This document shows positions 44,884 to 46,495 of a DNA stretch of 46,495 bases, one piece after another. Below the pieces are notes generated by a model. The model was not told the origin of the DNA and ran no database searches. It saw only the letters and a program-made list of their open reading frames with translations. Numbering within the stretch: the first letter of the stretch is position 1; each line of letters begins with the position of its first letter. Origin of the DNA: a virus. The stretch spans positions 90,579-137,073 of the IMG/VR virus record IMGVR_UViG_3300050505_000421, one strand, 5' to 3'. A program made the position numbers and the translations under genes.

Positions 44884-46409
44884 GCAGCTACCCTCACGTT
44901 GGCTTCGATGAGCTTCTGCGCAACTGGCGGGCAGACGGAGTTTCCGACGAGCTTCGTCTTCACGGACTTGGTGAAGGGGCGGCCGTCCGCATCCTCATCA
45001 ATCCGGTACGAATTTGGAAATCCCTGTGCCAGGAAGAGCTCGTGTGGTTGGAGCATCCGCATCGTGATGTCGATGATCTGGTACAGCGCGCCATGCACCA
45101 TCACGAGACCAAAGCGGTCATGCGTAGGAACGGTGTGCAGTGGTGCGCGCAGGTCTTGCCCGGCGTCTCCGCGCCCGCCAGCGGAGTAGTACTTGATCAG
45201 GAAGGCGCGAACTTCGGCGATGTGACTACCGCCTCGCCCGCCGCCGCTCAACACGGTCGGCATCGGGTCCGCAAGGCTGGACCCAATCGAGGTCCCGTAG
45301 AACTTCGTTAGCCACGCTGCCGCAAGCGAGTGGTGATCCCGCGCAGTCACCGTGCCGAGTGTCTTGCGAACGTCGTGTCCTACGACACCGCCGTAGTGCT
45401 TCAAGACCACGGGTGCAACAAGGGCGTGCTTGATGCCCTGTGCCATGAGCGTGCCGAGCGGCTTCTCAAGCCCGGGCACACGCGGCGCCTGACCGGGGCG
45501 CTCACCCCAACCCGTTTGAATCAGCGTCGGCCCGACGAGGGCAAGCTCACCGCGATGCGCGCCGGTGACTGTTCGCAGGGGTTCATCAAGCCCATGCACG
45601 CGGGAGTCTCCCGCATGCGTTACAGGGATGATGAACGGCTCGGCCGCGTCCAACACGTAACGCTTCAGGCCCGCTGCGATGCGGCGCATGGTCGCTTCCT
45701 TCAGCGGCTTCTTCCGATCGAAGATCGACGGACAGGGCAGGGTCCAGTCGATGATCTCTGCAGCGGGCCGCCAGCTGTTTGCGCGGCCCTTGCCGTGCGT
45801 TGCTTCCGGCCACACGATCGGCGCCTTGTCGCAGCGCGCGATCAAGAAGAGGCGCTTCCGCGTCGTCGGCGTACCGTAGTCCGCAGCGACGAGGGACTTG
45901 TACTCAAGTTGATAACCGAGGTCGTTCAAGCGACCACACCACGCACGGAAGGTGGCACCGACCTGGCCCGGGACGGGGAATCCATTTGTGTCGAGGTCGC
46001 CCCACATTTTCCACTCCTCGACGTTCTCCAGCGCAATCACACGCGGGCGTACTTCCTCCGCCCAGCGAATTCCAACCCAGGCAAGACTTCGTAGTTGATT
46101 GTCGAGTGGTTTGCCGCCCTTAGCGCGCGAGAAATTCGTGCAGCTCGGACTAAGCCAGAGCAAGCCGACAGGGCGCCCACCACAAGCCTCCTTCGGATCG
46201 ACCTCCCAAATATCTTCGAGATAATGCTTCGTCTCCGGATGATTCGCTTTGTGCATACGGATAGCATCAGGGTCGTGATTGATCGCAATATCGATCGGAC
46301 GCTGAAGCGCTGCCTCGATGCCCGTGCTGGCCCCTCCGCCGCCCGCAAATAGATCCACGGTGAGTTCATTCGAATCGAACGAAGCACGCAGTGTAGGTGG
46401 ACGCGACAT
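44880..46409 (-). CDS. C5-cytosine DNA methyltransferase (phage type)
   Basis: DLFAGGGG, AINHD, SPSCTNFS, ENVEEW, YG.PT.RKRLF, RMLQPHEL..AQGFP, GNSVCP. Confidence 0.93.
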   Translation of the reverse strand: MSRPPTLRASFDSNELTVDLFAGGGGASTGIEAALQRPIDIAINHDPDAIRMHKANHPETKHYLEDIWEVDPKEACGGRPVGLLWLSPSCTNFSRAKGGKPLDNQLRSLAWVGIRWAEEVRPRVIALENVEEWKMWGDLDTNGFPVPGQVGATFRAWCGRLNDLGYQLEYKSLVAADYGTPTTRKRLFLIARCDKAPIVWPEATHGKGRANSWRPAAEIIDWTLPCPSIFDRKKPLKEATMRRIAAGLKRYVLDAAEPFIIPVTHAGDSRVHGLDEPLRTVTGAHRGELALVGPTLIQTGWGERPGQAPRVPGLEKPLGTLMAQGIKHALVAPVVLKHYGGVVGHDVRKTLGTVTARDHHSLAAAWLTKFYGTSIGSSLADPMPTVLSGGGRGGSHIAEVRAFLIKYYSAGGRGDAGQDLRAPLHTVPTHDRFGLVMVHGALYQIIDITMRMLQPHELFLAQGFPNSYRIDEDADGRPFTKSVKTKLVGNSVCPPVAQKLIEANVRVAA

Positions 46410-46495
46410 CTACTTTGCCTCCTTGATCAACCGGACGAGGCGGTCAGCCATCTTCGTCCACGCCGCACTCCACGCCGCACTCCCCGCCGCACTCC
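46410..46495 (-). CDS. 3' end of an Ala-rich SAAW-repeat protein (window-truncated)
   Basis: 12-bp tandem repeat CCACGCCGCACT encodes SAAG-SAAW-SAAW-TKMADRLVRLIKEAK*. Confidence 0.65.
   Translation of the reverse strand, partial: SAAGSAAWSAAWTKMADRLVRLIKEAK

Noticed and set aside
1-46495. Alternative genetic code (stop reassignment)
   Set aside because: Long conserved genes are uninterrupted under code 11, and TAG, TGA and TAA all end genes at natural domain ends.

Overview
GC-rich (roughly 60-65% by eye) segment of a tailed dsDNA phage or prophage genome. The host is probably a myxobacterium, inferred from a myxobacterial-type SspB ClpX adaptor and an RPCP-x-V-x-C-x-x-HL sigma-R4 protein. 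1-11.1 kb (+): tail/fibre-like proteins, lysis-type membrane proteins, an out-of-place Prim-Pol, a glycosyltransferase and a methyltransferase. 11.1-33.5 kb (mostly -): two aberrant tRNAs, a Pth2-like gene, RNase H, dTMP kinase, DpnA-like MTase, ParB-like protein, a family A polymerase with a split UDG, SSB, Sak4-like ATPase, an intein-containing PD-(D/E)xK nuclease, four helicases, a nucleotidyltransferase and SspB. 33.5-37 kb (+): terminase genes, the large subunit carrying an intein. 37-46.5 kb (-): small early-type genes, tRNA-Thr(UGU), a metallophosphoesterase, a GHKL ATPase, a Mom-like gene broken at a C9 tract and a C5 MTase. The best candidate for a new system is the Pth2-like gene. 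It has no canonical in-frame start ahead of its conserved N-terminal motif and appears to need a +1 frameshift out of the minigene AUG AAC ACC UCU CAU UAG. It is followed directly by two tRNAs with enlarged anticodon loops (8 and 9 nt) complementary to the AACA and CAUU quadruplets of that minigene. Other notable signals: a possible phase-variable Mom gene, an ~11-copy asymmetric 16-bp motif (CAAVCACAAGGAAGAA), two candidate structured ncRNAs, and a UDG whose last motif is carried on the polymerase N-terminus. All family calls come from motif recognition by eye; no searches were run.
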